From Octopus vulgaris (lineage: Eukaryota): a DNA stretch of 64,000 bases. The stretch's first letter is position 1; each line of letters opens with the position of its first letter. Of the stretch, positions 1-13,918 are shown piece by piece. Both the position numbers and the translations under genes were made by a program. Under the pieces are notes generated by a model. The model was not told the DNA's origin and did not search any database. It was given only the letters and a program-made list of their open reading frames with translations. The stretch spans positions 53,940,001-54,004,000 of the forward strand of contig OX597828.1 of the NCBI GenBank assembly GCA_951406725.2. The letters are read 5' to 3'.

Positions 1-175
1 ATTTCGTATACAGCCAACAGCTCTACTCAGCTCAGACTGTTTGGTCATGTTGATCGATTTTCCGAGTTAGACCCCGATTTCCATGCTCCCTTCACTGAGG
101 ATCCGGCTGGGTTGATGGCTCGTGTTGGTCGACATTAAGCATGTAGATACACGTCACCTCATTGCAACATGTGGC

Positions 176-223
176 AGGCCTGATAATTGCTGAAAATATT
201 CGGCATGAAACCAATGGTAGCCT
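176..223 (+). ncRNA. Type I minimal hammerhead-like motif, A8 core variant (C3/A8 mismatch)
   Basis: AGGC CUGAUAA U UGCUGA-loop-UCGGCA U GAAA CCAAUGG UA GCCU. Homologous to 62083-62133. Confidence 0.6.
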
Positions 224-507
224 TAACCCTTTTATTCATCAATGCAGTGTTGATCACTCATTCTCAATGTTAGATATTAGCGCGCGTATGTGTATATTTC
301 ATGCTGAGTAGTGTGTGCGTATTCAAGACAGAACATAGATCCATATGTATCAATCACCAAGAGAAAGGTGATTGGCACGAAACCTTTGAATTTATAACAC
401 ACACATACAAGCGCGCACGTGAGTGGAAACACGCAATTTTAAGAATCACGTAAACCAACTCTGAAAGTGAAATTCACTAACAAATGATAACATACTCCAC
501 CACCACA

Positions 508-539
<32 letters not shown>

Positions 540-1346
540 AAGTAGTAGTAGTAGTATTAGCAGCAGCAGCAGAAGAAGCGGAAGCGACAGCATGCAACAT
601 ATGTCATACGCTGAGGAGTTGCGTCTCAAAATTTGATTCAATATGTTGTCACCGCAGATTAGTGCTTCCAATTACCTTTTACCGAAACCTGCGTGGAATC
701 GGTAATTAGCAGAGATGACAGTGGAGACGTAACGAGGTGCCGAGTGACAGCAGCAAGTAGCACACACACATACACACACACACACACACACGCATGCACA
801 CACAGGTGCATCGATACCTAGACAGGTAATAATACATTATCGTCTGCTCACTCCCACACGTTTACCTATTTACCTGTCTGTCATTGAGTGGGTCTTTATT
901 TGTATATTCGTCTTTATATTAAGAGTTAGGCCACTTAGTCTATCTACATATGTATAAATAATCTATCTACCTGTCTGCCTCTCGATCTAACTATCTATCT
1001 ATCTATCTATCTATCAACTTACCTACTTGCCTGTTTCCCTCCCTTCTCTCTATCTACCTACATGTCTGTCTCTTTTCTCTCTATCTCTATCTTTTTACAT
1101 ACCTACCTATCTATTTGCCTCTCTTTCTCTCTCTACCTATCTGCCTCTATCTATATAATTGTCTGCCTCTCTATCTACTAGTCTATCCCTCCCTATCTAT
1201 CTACCTCTCCATCTATCTACTTACCTATGTCTGCCCCTCCCTCTCTCTCTCTACCTACCTGCCTGGTCGCTTGCCTATCAATCTATCTGACTGCCAGTCT
1301 GTCTGTCTGTGCACCAGTACATCTATCTATCTGTCTTATCTATCTG

Positions 1347-1378
<32 letters not shown>

Positions 1379-2469
1379 CAACAAATAGACGAAGTGGGAA
1401 TAACTATAAAATACAGGTAAATCTGGATAGATAGTAACACACAAATTACCCATTTAGTGACAGACAGACAGACAAGTATATATATATATATATATGCGTG
1501 CGTGCGTGCGTGCGTGTACGCGTACAGGGTGATAGACAAATATATATGGAGGAAAAATACAAAACATTTTTAAATAGATGAAAGTGCTGAGTCAACAAGG
1601 CCTCGTCTTGCAACGCTACCACCACTACCATTACCACCACCACCACCACCACCACTACAAGACTATAATGGTGGCGAACAAAACAGCTTTTCTTTGCTCT
1701 AAATATGGAAGACCATTAAAACAGTAAGAAAATAATTGAAGAAACAATTACAAAGACAAAACTATAATAAAACCATATTTAAACAAAAAAAACCAGAAGA
1801 TATCATCAGCGACAATATTTTAATGACAAGAACAACAATATTTGATAGTAATGTTGACAACAACAACTGCAGTCTTAGGTATCAATTTATTAATGCGGAG
1901 AGAAACTGTGATGGCATGTGTAATAGAATCTGTTAATAATTTTGACGTAATTGGTTCCAAAGAGAAAGGAGAGACAGATAGGTGGAGGGAGGAGGAAGGG
2001 AAGGAGAGAAAAAAGGAGAGATAGGGGGAAGAGGGGGAGAAGAAACAGACAGACAGGCAGAAAGTTCATTGTCGAGAGACAAACGGTAACATGAAAATAG
2101 ATCCAAGTGTAAAAAAAAAAAGAAAACTTAAAATGATGCAATCAGTAAAAGGTTATATGTGTGCGTGAATGTGTGTGTGTGTGTGCATCAATTATGTGTG
2201 TGTGTGTGTGTTATCTTGCTTTCTTTGACAAGACATTCAGACATACAATGAATGTCGCTACTGACAGTCATTAGATGCAACCGTACCGTATTTATCCATC
2301 TGCCGATCTAATATATCTGCGTGTCTACATCTAATTCGACGAACCTACCAACCTACCTACCATACCTATGCATACACACCACATACGTTCTTATTTAATA
2401 GTCGACAGAAGTTACAGAGTGACTCAGGAACCGAGAGTTTCGTGCGTTGGCACATATCAAACTTAACTA

Positions 2470-2686
2470 TTTTCGTGTTTGCATTACCAAACCTACATGT
2501 CGCCATGATATAGCGTTAGCCACTTCACACATTTTTTTCTCTCCTTGTTTTTTTCTGTGTCCCTTTCTGTAGAAGAGCGTAGGCTCGAAACGTAAAAGAC
2601 TTTTTCTATTCCTGAACGTTATAGTAATACATCTGTTTGTTTCGTACACCACCTGCCTTCGTCTTTTGTTTTTTTTCCTCAACTCT

Positions 2687-2690
<4 letters not shown>
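2470..2690 (+). mobile_element. Penelope-like (pLTR-type) repeat fragment with HHR variant, abutting (TA)n
   Basis: Homologous to 43014-43278, contains the HHR motif at 2563-2598 and runs into a TA microsatellite. Boundaries approximate. Confidence 0.6.
2563..2598 (+). ncRNA. Type I minimal hammerhead-like motif, A6U core variant
   Basis: CUUU CUGUAGA A GAGC-GUAG-GCUC GAAA CG UA AAAG. Confidence 0.7.
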
Positions 2691-2736
<46 letters not shown>

Positions 2737-3131
2737 AAAAATAGATAGATAATCTATTTTACTCGCTTCAGCCACGTGGCTGCAGTCATGCTGGAGCACC
2801 AAAAATTGACCATCCTGGAATACAACAATATTTGTTTCAAATAATAATTCTGCCTTAATAATAATTCTGTTGTGGGCACAACGTCTGAAATGTTGTGGGT
2901 AGGGGGCCTAGTCGATTACATCAACCATAGTGCTCCACTGGTACTTTTATTATCGACCCTGAAAGGATGAAAAGCAAAATCGACCTTGGCGGAATTTGAA
3001 CTCAGAACGTAGAGACGGACGATAAGCTGCTAAGCATAATAAGAATAAAAATAATAGAGATTCAGCAAGAATTATCTGGAAAGTTCTAAAATACAGAGGA
3101 AAAACAAATATAAGGAGCAGAACGTAGTATA

Positions 3132-3652
3132 TGAGGTCTAATCATTAAGTATCCGAACTGTTGCCATAGTAACGAAGCTAAAGCATGCAGAGTGAGCCCG
3201 CTTGACAAAGATTGACGTTAAACTCTGTTGTGCATGTGCACTAAGTTTTATCATTCCAACTCACTTTCGCTGTTTATAGCAGTGCTTCGAAGTAACGTGT
3301 GTATCGTGTGATCGCCGCATTGACCATGACAGAGAAAGTTGTCATGGCGATACCTGCTCAGAGGCCTACACAAAGTTGCAGAAAGTGTATGGTGAGGAGT
3401 GTATGAGTCGCACACAAGTCTACGAGTTGTTCAGACGCTTTCAAGATGGCCGAAAAATGTCGGTAGTGACGAAGGTTCTGGGAGACCCGCAACTAGTAGA
3501 ACCGAGAAAAGCATAGGAAGTGAGATAGAACGTTAAAACTTAGTGTCCATGCACAGCAGAATTCAAGGTCAATCTATGCCAAGCGGCTTTACTCTGCGTG
3601 TTTTAGCTTTGTTACTATGGCAACAGTCCGGATACTTATTGATCAGACCACG
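3132..3652 (+). mobile_element. Internally deleted mariner element with ~150-bp imperfect TIRs and N-terminal transposase remnant
   Basis: TA at both ends. 3132-3270 is inverted relative to 3515-3652. 3343-3514 encodes (one frameshift) HGDTCSEAYTKLQKVYGEECMSRTQVYELFRRFQDGRK/VGSDEGSGRPATSRT, a mariner HTH region. Confidence 0.9.
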
Positions 3653-4178
3653 TATATATATGCAAAAAGTAAAAAAAAAATGCTCCTCGTCCTAGGTTAT
3701 GGAGTTAGGGTTTGATAGGAAGTGTATTAAATAAAGCACAGCACCAATTCCTTGAAACAATAATAATAATAATAATGATAATAATAATAATGGGTTGTCA
3801 AGCAGAATTAATTATTTTATTGTCAAGCATGCCTTCTGTTATCCTTGACCAATTTAACAACCTCCGTTCATTGCCCCAGGGCGGCCCTTGTCCTGATCTT
3901 CCCTTATACACACACACAGAAATGGGAACAATGTTATTTGATTAGAGAAAATGAGGGGAGAGATTAGACAGACGCAATAGAATATTAGTTACAAGAGGAA
4001 TAGCAGCTGCAACAACAACAGCAGCCACATAATAGTTTGCAGTTATGTATAATTACTTTCTTCAGACCTTTGGAAGGACACGTAATGCCAACATTTGCTA
4101 AGGCGGACCCTACAATTTGCCTGTATGGCATCGTTGTCACATTAGGAATCCCCATTGACAACGAACTAAAGTTACCTG

Positions 4179-4226
<48 letters not shown>

Positions 4227-5635
4227 GTATGTTGTTAACACTTCTTTCAAAAGACTGACTTCAGAATATCAAAAGTCTTCATAAAATGTTCTTTTTCAAA
4301 AAAGAAAAAAAACATTCTTCATAAAAAAAAGGTATATTTATGGTTAGTGGCTTAGAACAATAATATGGAGGATCTAATGAGAAGAGGAAGGACAGGTGAG
4401 TCGTGTGGGCCTGGGTAAGCATTATACTTAAGGAAGGTACTGGGTGGCGTTTGGTAACTAGAGGTATCTACTGATTGGTGATCAGCTCTGTTGATATCAG
4501 GAAATAAGAAATACAAACATGGATATTTGTACCATTCCCAGAGATGTTAGCATTGAGGATATGGTGCCATTTAAAAGTGACAGAGGATAAGACACACCTT
4601 TAAGGTTACCAAACTCTCGACAGCTGAGTATTTTTTTTAAAAACAGATATCGATTACACGTAAACAACGCCCTTCCATATAATGGCTAAGGGGTTAAAGT
4701 AGAATAAAAGGTTTCAAGAATTTTCGCTAACGGGGCCACAATGGACGAAATTTACAAAACTAAAAATGCTGTTGCTTGATTCTTCTGACTTACAGAACAA
4801 ATAAAAGACATCTAAAACATGATCTAGGGTCAACGGATATCAGAGAAAATTCAAGGGCAATAAAGCTTTTATGTAAAAACAATGTTTCAATGGTGAAATA
4901 CGTCTCGAGCCGATGTAAGGAAACGTATTCCTTCAGCTAAACATGAAAAGTGTATTGTTGTAGCAGGTCGGTATAATGTAACAAACTAAATTAGCAACAA
5001 ACTATCAAAGCACATTCGAAGTCCCAATTAACAGCGGCATTTGTTATGTAAATACTGATAGCATCACTCTCAAAAAATTTACCAATAATTTCTTCTTCGT
5101 CAATTGCAGCTAATTTCAAAATACACAAAAAAAAAATGGACGGAATCTACAAACTTGAAAATGCTACTTGATTCTACTGACTCATAGAGCAAATTAAAGA
5201 CATCAAAAGCATGGTCAAGTTGTCCTTGATTTTGGACTGGTCAACGGATATCGCTTGTGGAAAGCGGTGTGAATGCGTATTAAACATAGACAATAAACTG
5301 TAAACTAGAATTGTTTCCCAAGTTATAGATTAAATTTCTGTTACAAGAACTTCTGTCGAAGGATAACATCGAGTCATAAAGTTGTTGGTGAGTGATGTGG
5401 ACACGAATACATTAAACAAACGTTTTACTTTTGAAACAGGCGTAGATCGAAACCTTAGTGACGTTTATGTCGCTCTCTCTTCCCGTTAATGAAATTAAAT
5501 CATACACAACGTCTGTCAGTCTTTCCATTTACTGTGTTACTAAACAATCTCTAACTAACATCGACTGGAATTCCATGTTGTGTTCTGACGCGACTAATGA
5601 ACGTTATTTCACATTTATGGAAGCCTGTCTGTAAA

Positions 5636-5725
5636 GTAGTTGGCGTTAGGAAGGGCATCGAGCCCCTGTCAAACCGTCCAACCCATACCAGCATGGGAAA
5701 CGGATGTTAAATGATGATGATGATG
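5636..5725 (+). mobile_element. RTE-type retroposon 3' end fragment
   Basis: gttggcgttaggaagggcatc...ccaacccataccagcatgg...(GAT)n tail, same family as 55579-55945. Confidence 0.7.
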
Positions 5726-7027
5726 TGTTGAGTAAAATGGAAAACACTGATTAAATAGATACAGTCGGAAGATTAAGAAATTTGCCTTACGATCATGAGG
5801 TAGGGAGTTCAATCTCAATGTGTGGCATTTTGGACAAATCTTTTACCATAACCTCAGATTCATATAAGTTTTCTGAGTGAAAGTGGAAGCCTCTAATTCA
5901 CACACACACACGGACTTACTGATTCACTCTGATAACAACGTCAACGGCAAACATGTCAGTGGAATACACAGCCATATGCACATTAATTCAATCAGTGACT
6001 AAGCAGGTGAAAACACTCGTCGTCGAAATCGACGGAAATCCATTTTATGCGACAAACGGCATTGGGAAAGGCATGAAAGTCATACAAACCTCCCAATACT
6101 TCACTTGCTCGTATAAGTAATCCTTGTTGTGGGTGGCGGTTGTAGTACTGATGGTTGTTAGTTGGAGAGCCCGGGGTGGAGGTAGGAGTGCTGGAATTGG
6201 TGGTATCGTGGTGGTGGGTGTGGTGGTAGTGTTGTGATGTCACCGATGGTGGTGCTGGTGGTGGAGGCCTTATTTAACTTAAGTATTTGCCAGAGAAGGA
6301 TGGAATGAATAGACAGACGAGACGTGCGAAGAAGTGGCTAGAGTAGAGAGGGTGGTAGTATGAGTGGTTAACGCTGAGGAATTGGTGGGAAGGGAGGAGG
6401 GGGGTCATTAAAGACGAGGTCGGTGATGGACGGGAGAAGTGGGGGTGACACTAGCTTAGACACAGCAGGGAGGCGTTGCGTTGATGTTGTTATTGTCGTA
6501 AAGAAATCTTCAGGAATAAAGCTGCAGAGGCAATTTATTGCCAGATATTTTATAGTTGGTGACAGACAGGAAAGAGCATGTCAACAAATATGCCCACCAC
6601 TCCATACCAACCCATCTTCGTCGTCGCCCTCATAACCACGAGTTGTCGGCTTCTAGCGCATCATCGTCACCACCACCACCTCCGTTACTATTATTATCTA
6701 TTAATTATGGTAGTCATCATCATCATCATCATCATCAATAACAGTAATAGTGATGATCTCCGTTGACTTGGTTCAGTTCAATCTACCAACACACAACAAT
6801 TTTTGTGACACCCATGCGCACTGTTGTTTGTGTACGTGTGTGTGTGTTTTGTTTAGTATTTGTTATATAAATATATTAAAGTGCCCCATTCGGCTTTGTG
6901 TCAGACGTGTCTGATATATGTAAGGTAAATACAATCTCACACACACACACATAAGGATTTCATGCAATCGACATTTAGGTCAACATCAGCAGCGCGAACC
7001 CTTAAGCCATAATTACAAATACATTGA

Positions 7028-7650
7028 AGGCAGAGAACTGGCAGAATCGTTAGCATGCCGGGTAAAATACTTCCTCTATCTTTACGATCTGAGTTCAGAT
7101 TCCGCTGAGGTCGACTTTGCTTTTATTCATTCGGTGCCGATAAAATAGCTACCAGTTGAGTACTGGGATCTTTTCGGTTTGAACGGCAGTTTTTTTCTAG
7201 CGGTGTCGTATGAAATTGTCACCCATAATTATGACCCTAGAATCGATCTATTGCATTTCAATCTGTTTTAGGGTTAGGGTTAGGGGGAAGGGTATCTTTT
7301 TTTCTTCACAAATGTAAATAATCCTAATCTGTTTCTTAAACGAGGGACATATTCATACGGCACAGAATGCTTTTTAACTCAATAAACGTCATTGATTGGT
7401 TGACATTGCAGAAATTGAAGAAAAAAAGCAACAAATATCTTACAAACTATAGAATTTTCTCAATAAAGCCAAGAGAAAAAGATGTTTTATAAACACATTC
7501 TACCAGTATACGAAGTTTAAAATTTTTTAGTTACCTAGAAATTATGTTAAAAATTGCCGTTCAAACCGAAAAGATCCGAGTACTGGGCGTCGAAATAATC
7601 TACTTATACCCTCCTCTAAAATTGCTGGCCTTGTATCAAAATTTGAAATC
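7028..7650 (+). mobile_element. tRNA-derived SINE family A, split by a MITE
   Basis: A-box ctggcagaatcgttagc, B-box gagttcagattcc, body gtcgactttgc. Continues after 7585. Confidence 0.85.
7166..7577. mobile_element. MITE with ~28-bp TIRs and 8-bp TSD (hAT/Merlin-type), internal TTAGGG tract
   Basis: GGATCTTTTCGGTTTGAACGGCA ... TGCCGTTCAAACCGAAAAGATCC, with TSD GAGTACTG at 7158-7165 and 7578-7585. Confidence 0.9.
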
Positions 7651-7689
7651 ATTATTAAACATATTTTTATTAAAATCATTGTGATTATT

Positions 7690-8830
7690 AGCGCGTCGGA
7701 CAAAATGCAAAACGATATTTCTTCCGACTCATCACGTTCCGAGTTCGAATCCCACCGAGGTCAACTTTGCTGTTCATACATTCAGGGTAGTTAAAATAAA
7801 GTACCAGTCACGTGAAAGGATCAATGCAATCGACAAGCCTCCACCCACCCCCACCCCCTAAATTTCAGGCGTTGTGCCAATAGGAGAAATAATTATTGTT
7901 GTTGTTGCTGCTGCTGCTGCGGTGGTGGTGGTGGTAGTTGGCAAAATTGTTGGGGCGTCGGAAAAATACTTTGCAATATTTGATCCAACTCGTTACATTC
8001 TGAGTTCAAATTAGCTTTTCATTCATTTTTTGTAGTCAAGTACAAGTACAAGCGGAGTTCTAGGGTCGTATCAATCGACTAGTCCCCAATCTTCAAATTT
8101 TAAAGCCTTGTGCCTATAGTAGAAATAATAATAATAATTATTATTATTATTATTATTTGAGTTCAATTTCCGCCGAGGTCGACTTTGCCGTTCATCCTTT
8201 CGGGGTCGATAAATTAAGTACCAGCTACGCACTGGAGTCGATGTAATCGACTTAATCCGCTTGTCTGTCCTTGTTTGTCCCCTCTGAGTTCAGCCCCCTG
8301 TGGGTAGTAAAGAAATAAGTACTATTTACACACTAGGGTCGATGTAATCGACTTAATCCCTTCTCCCAAATTTGAGGCTTTATGCTTCCAGTAAAAAGAA
8401 TTATTATTATTATCATTATTGTTATTGTTATTAATATTTTAAAAAGGATATGACGTAACTCTTCAGAAAAGTAAACAGACAAGACGAAGAGGTTTGCTTT
8501 CGAAATAAAACATCTATTGCAATCGCATCGCTCTTCGTCTTGTCTACTACTACTACTACTACTATTAATTATTATTATTATTATTATTAGTAATTCTTAT
8601 TATTATTATTAAGACGACGCTCTGGCAGAATCGATAGCACGCCGGGCAAAATGCTTAGCGGCATTTTGTCAGTTTTTACATTCTGGGTTCAAATTCCGCC
8701 GTGGTCGACTATGCCTTCCATCCTTTCGGGGTTTCATAAAAATAAGTACCAGTCAAGTACTGGGGTGGATGTAATCGACTAGCCCCCTCTCCTCAAAAAC
8801 TACTGGTTTTATGCCAAAACTTGAAACCAT
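7690..8830 (+). mobile_element. Cluster of four SINE-A copies separated by (TAT)n
   Basis: Copies at about 7690-7890, 7930-8125, 8157-8400 and 8613-8830 share gagttcaaattccgccgaggtcgactttgcc...gtcgatgtaatcgact. Confidence 0.85.
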
Positions 8831-8849
8831 TATTACTATTATCATCATC

Positions 8850-8881
<32 letters not shown>

Positions 8882-9524
8882 CTCAAAAATTAATGGATAT
8901 TGATTGACAACGTAAAGACTCGTGTACACAAGACGAAAAATATTACTCATTCTACGAACGAAAATTCTTGCTGATTTCCCAAAACTAAAACAATAAATAA
9001 CACTCTCTCGCCTCTCCCTCCCTCCCCCTCCTTCCATCCTATCTCCACTACATCCAAACAAAAGCGCTCATGAAATATTTTATTACCTGAAGAATTAATG
9101 CAAAAGCCTTACTATATTTTTATGGCGAAACTCAGAAGTTGGCGAAGACTTTTACTTACTCTTCTCGTTTCATTTCTCACCAATATTACTCAATTCAATA
9201 CTTAAATAATTCAAAACCTAAAAATTTTACAATCTCATAACTATTTATAAAATGTTTTCTTTATTTCATTTTATCTTTCTAGTTTTCGATTGTTATTGTT
9301 GTTGTTGTTCTTCTTCTCCTCGCCGTTCTTCGCTGCTGTTTTGTGGCTCTTTTATCACACATTTCTAATATTTTACTTCACAGAAATATCCAAACATTCC
9401 GAAAACGAAGTAAAATGAAAAATGAACGCAAGAAATTGAAACTTTTCATTCATAAACTATGGCGGCCATTAAAAACACACAGGAAGTGGATATGACGAGA
9501 CAGGACTGGAAGGAGAGAGAGTGA

Positions 9525-9555
<31 letters not shown>

Positions 9556-9615
9556 AGAAATAATTCTGTAAGAGCAATTTCTCGAAATTTGAAGATAAAC
9601 ATGTATTTTCTCTCT

Positions 9616-9662
<47 letters not shown>

Positions 9663-10376
9663 ACACACACACACACACACAAAGAAAGAAAACTAAAGAT
9701 AGAGAGCGAGGGAAAAACAAATTGAGAAGGAGTGTGTGTGTGTGTGTGTACGAGGAAGTAAGAGAGAGATGCAATGAAGGTTTATAGGGATTCACATGCT
9801 CTGACGTTGGTTTTTGTTTCAAATCTCAACAGCCTCTCATCCTACCGCTTGTTTACACACACACACACCACTGCATAGGGTCAGAGGAAGTTGGTATATT
9901 GCCGATAATAAAATCTAACCCGAAAGTATGCAATGAAGACGACCCCGAATAAAAAGGGGCTTTACAATGTAGCTGAATGCCACCAGTGTGAAGTTTAACC
10001 TCACCCCTTAACACTCAAACACTCCAGTCTCAACCACAAACTAAGATGGCGAAGAGGTTATTAGTTAAAACAAACAGACAGACAAATTATACCCTTGACT
10101 TCTCAACTGCTTTTGGGGAGGCTTTCGTATTTTTATTTATTTTTTCAAATAGGAAAAACAACAAGTCTTAGCCATTAGGGGCCATATTTTCACACGATGA
10201 CAAACCCCAGATATTGCGTGCGTGAGTGCGTGTGTGTGTGTGAACTTGTCAGATCTCTCCCTAATCAAATAAATCTAAAGATGTGAAGGTTAAGGGCTCT
10301 AAAAACCCATTAACAATCTGAGAGGAAATAGAAAATGTAGGTTCGAGACAAAAGTATAAGTAAATTCAGAAATCTC

Positions 10377-10413
10377 TCAATCACGAAGGGCCAAACCCGA
10401 AACTTTAGTATGA
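10377..10413 (+). ncRNA. Decayed hammerhead-like motif
   Basis: UCA AUCACGA A GGG-CCAAA-CCC GAAA CUUUAG UA UGA. Stems are in register but the core has two substitutions relative to CUGACGA. Confidence 0.4.
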
Positions 10414-10718
10414 ATTACATCACAAAGCATAATATAATACAAAGTATCCTCAAGCCGATAAGGGAGCTCTGTCTGCATGTTAGCTCGGCTTCCCAAAAAG
10501 TACCGGCCAAATCTCCCACAAATCAAACGTTATCATTTCGAAAAAAAAAAAAAAAAAGCAAATAAACACAAAATAGTCTTTTATACTTTCCAAGAATACG
10601 GGATAGTCGTGAAAATATACTTTTCAACACTCCACCAATATATAGCTCGATAACTCTCTAACGGAGTTCCACTCCTCATCAATCCCACTTCAACATTGAT
10701 ATTTCATCGTCACTAAAG

Positions 10719-11137
10719 AAGCGAGCTGGCAGAATCGTTAGCACACCGAGCGAAATGCTCAGCAGTATTTCGTCTGTCGCTACGTTCTGAGTTCAAATTC
10801 CGCCAAGGTCGACTTTGCCTTTCATCCTTTCGGGGTCGATAAATTAAGTACCAGTTACGCACTGGGGTCGATAAAATCGACTTAATGTCCTTGTTTCTCC
10901 CCTCTATATTTAACCCCTTGCGGGCAGTAAAGAAATAAGAATCGTTAGCACGCCTGGCACAATGATTAGCGGCATTTCATTCGTCTTTACGTTCCGAGTT
11001 CATATTCCGACCAGACCGACTCGGCCTTTCATCCTTTCGGGGTCGATAAAATAAGCACCAGTTCCGCTCTGGCATTGATGTAAACGACTTGCCCCCTATC
11101 CCGGAATTGCTGGCCTTGTGCCAAAATTTGAAATTAG
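10719..11137 (+). mobile_element. SINE-A head-to-tail dimer (long-tail copy followed by short-tail copy)
   Basis: Two bodies; the second restarts at agaatcgttagc (~10938). Confidence 0.88.
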
Positions 11138-12503
11138 TATTTCATCAACACCTCATCGATGGCTTTCCTCACTAATAATGTTCCATACCGTCTTAAGAAA
11201 TTTCCAACACTTCACCAATATCTCTTCGACACCTCACCAATATTTCTTCAATACTTTCCTCAATATATTGCCAATATTTCATCAACATATTTCCAAACAG
11301 TTACCAATATCTCATCAATACCTTCCTAACACTGCCCACCTAACACCACCACCACCACCATCCCGTCCATACCGCATACAATACGCCAATTTCCGCGAAC
11401 CACTAAGACTCATATTACTGCACTTTAATTCTTGCATTTGCTGCCTACCAATGTTTGTCTTTAATAGTATTCCGAGACCAACGAAGGGCGGTGGAGGAAG
11501 TGATGACCTCTGGAAACAGACTGGGGCTGTTTCTATTCGCTGTTTACTTAAACACACACAACTGGCATGCGAGTTGTATTTACACCTAATGCAGGGGCTT
11601 TAAAGCAAATTGCAGCAGAGCGCCTGATTGGAGCAGTTAATGTTCCTGTCTACTTTCTAGAAAGTTCTCTCTTGTGTATTCTGTAAACCACACACACACA
11701 CACCATTTACCGATACTCCACTTGTTCCATCGACCAGGTACAGAAGAATACAACAAAATTCCCGCCATCAAAATCAAACAACAACAAAAACGAGGAAACA
11801 ACAACAATAACGAGAGAGGAGTTTTGAATACGAGGAGGAGGAGGAGGGAAGCCGCCGCTTGTAGTAGGCTAAAGCTATGTTCGATCTGAAGCATTATGTG
11901 ACAAGTAGACATAAGGGGGAGGAGTGGGGGGACGTCTGGGGGGGGGGGGGGATTAGGGACGGAGAGATGTCACACAAAACCCATTCACTTAAAAATCAAC
12001 ACAACCCCATTTAGCAGCAATCTCTCGTTTATTCACTCAGCGTAAAATATTAACAATGGCTGAAAGTATGCGAGCTTAGTGTCTAGAGGAGAGTGCGTTA
12101 CGCGGCGCGTATATATACATATATATAAGATACACACATACATACATATATAGATACACACACACATATACATATATAGATACACACACACACACACACA
12201 AATAAATACATACATACATATATATATATAGCTCGTTTCTGTGCATATGTCCAAAGTATATGCTTGCCTATATGCAATGTGTGAGTATGTGTGAGAGCGT
12301 GTGCGAATTACTAAATACCTGAATGTAAACATGTGCTTATAGATGTGTGTGTGTGTGTGTGTGAGTGTGTGTGTGTGTGTGCGCGCGTGGGACTCCATAT
12401 TCGATGTCTGCTTTTACATTTTGTGTTTGCATACATATGGACACATGATATGCGCAATAGATAGATGAAGGTGTAAATATTTAAACACACATTTGTGTAT
12501 ATA

Positions 12504-12562
<59 letters not shown>

Positions 12563-12644
12563 GCACTTCTGTGTTTCCATACATATAGGAACAGTTAAAA
12601 AAAGAGTGAACGAGAGAGAGAGAGAGAGAGAGAGAGAGGAAGGT

Positions 12645-12711
<67 letters not shown>

Positions 12712-12864
12712 AAACCGCAGAGAGTGTAAGGAGAAAAGTGAATGTAATAAAATGACAATCAGAAATCTACCCCCCCCCACCCCACCTCTCAACCACGAAG
12801 TAGCTGCCTGCCAATAAATAGCCAAAGCTACATCATACAACCTCAATAGTGCAATATAGGCATA

Positions 12865-12904
<40 letters not shown>

Positions 12905-13113
12905 GAGATATATACACATATACACACACCTCACTACAGTAAATTACATAACGCTATATAGCACAGCCGATCAATGTGTGATCGGTAGGACAGATGGAAA
13001 TAAAAGCACAGTCTCCCTCAAATGTGATTACTAACTATAAACCGGGGCATCACTGAGCACTATTGCCCCCTTCCCTCTCTCTCTCTATTCGTCGGTACCA
13101 GCGCCAAGTAGTG

Positions 13114-13852
13114 CTTAGACATAAGCAGACTTTAGGTCAGTTGAAATATGTTTGTGACATATTTCAACTTCTAGAGGCAAACTCACTGCAGTTACTGTGG
13201 AGAAAAAAATACTTAGAGTAAAAGGCATAAAAACACCATATCTGCTCAGTGTTGCCTTCTGTCGGATTCTCAGACGCAGCGTTTCTAGCTCTTTAGCCGT
13301 TATCAATGGGAAATACCGAAGAGAGGTAACTCTGGACAGGTTCAAACCCAACAGCTTTAAAATACAGTCAACAACATAGACTGAAATGCATTACTGGACC
13401 CACCAGGCAGGGAGAAATCTAGTAGCATCAAGGCCAAGCAGAGTTTAGGCATAAGCAAACTTTAGATTAGTTAAAATATGTCTCTGACATATTTCAACTT
13501 CTAGAGGCGAATTCACTGCAATTACTGTGGAGCAAAAAATAGATCGAAGTGATCATAAAAACAATGGGACAGCAGCTAAAAGGCTAGAAACGCAGAGTCT
13601 GGGAATCTGAAGGGGGCAGCAATGGACAAATATGTTTTTATACCTTTTTACTATTAGAGAGAAATTTTTCTTCGCGGTAACTGCAGTGCATTCTCCTTTA
13701 GAGTTTGAAATATGCCTCAAACATATTCTAAATAACAAACTCTGCATATATAGGAAATTGGGGTGATAAAGGAATAAACAATTATGGTATGGATTGCATT
13801 AACTTACGGCTGTTTCTGCTATAATATACAATGCACTTATACTTGAGTGCTT
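13114..13852. repeat. Diverged direct and inverted copies of the 237-bp satellite unit (foldback structure)
   Basis: 13114-13300 and 13445-13540 are in array orientation. 13637-13852 is an inverted copy of 13919-14132, and 13575-13640 is inverted relative to 13225-13298. Confidence 0.8.
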
Positions 13853-13918
13853 GATTATCAGACTATGGTTTCATTGGAACTTTAAATATTAAGGCACTTC
13901 ATGTTTGGAGCTCAAATG

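Noticed and set aside
2425-2462. Decayed hammerhead-like sequences here (minus strand) and at ~5425-5460, ~15230-15300 and ~46905-46945
   Set aside because: Only a hairpin plus GAAA-like sequence remains; cores are too degenerate to call.
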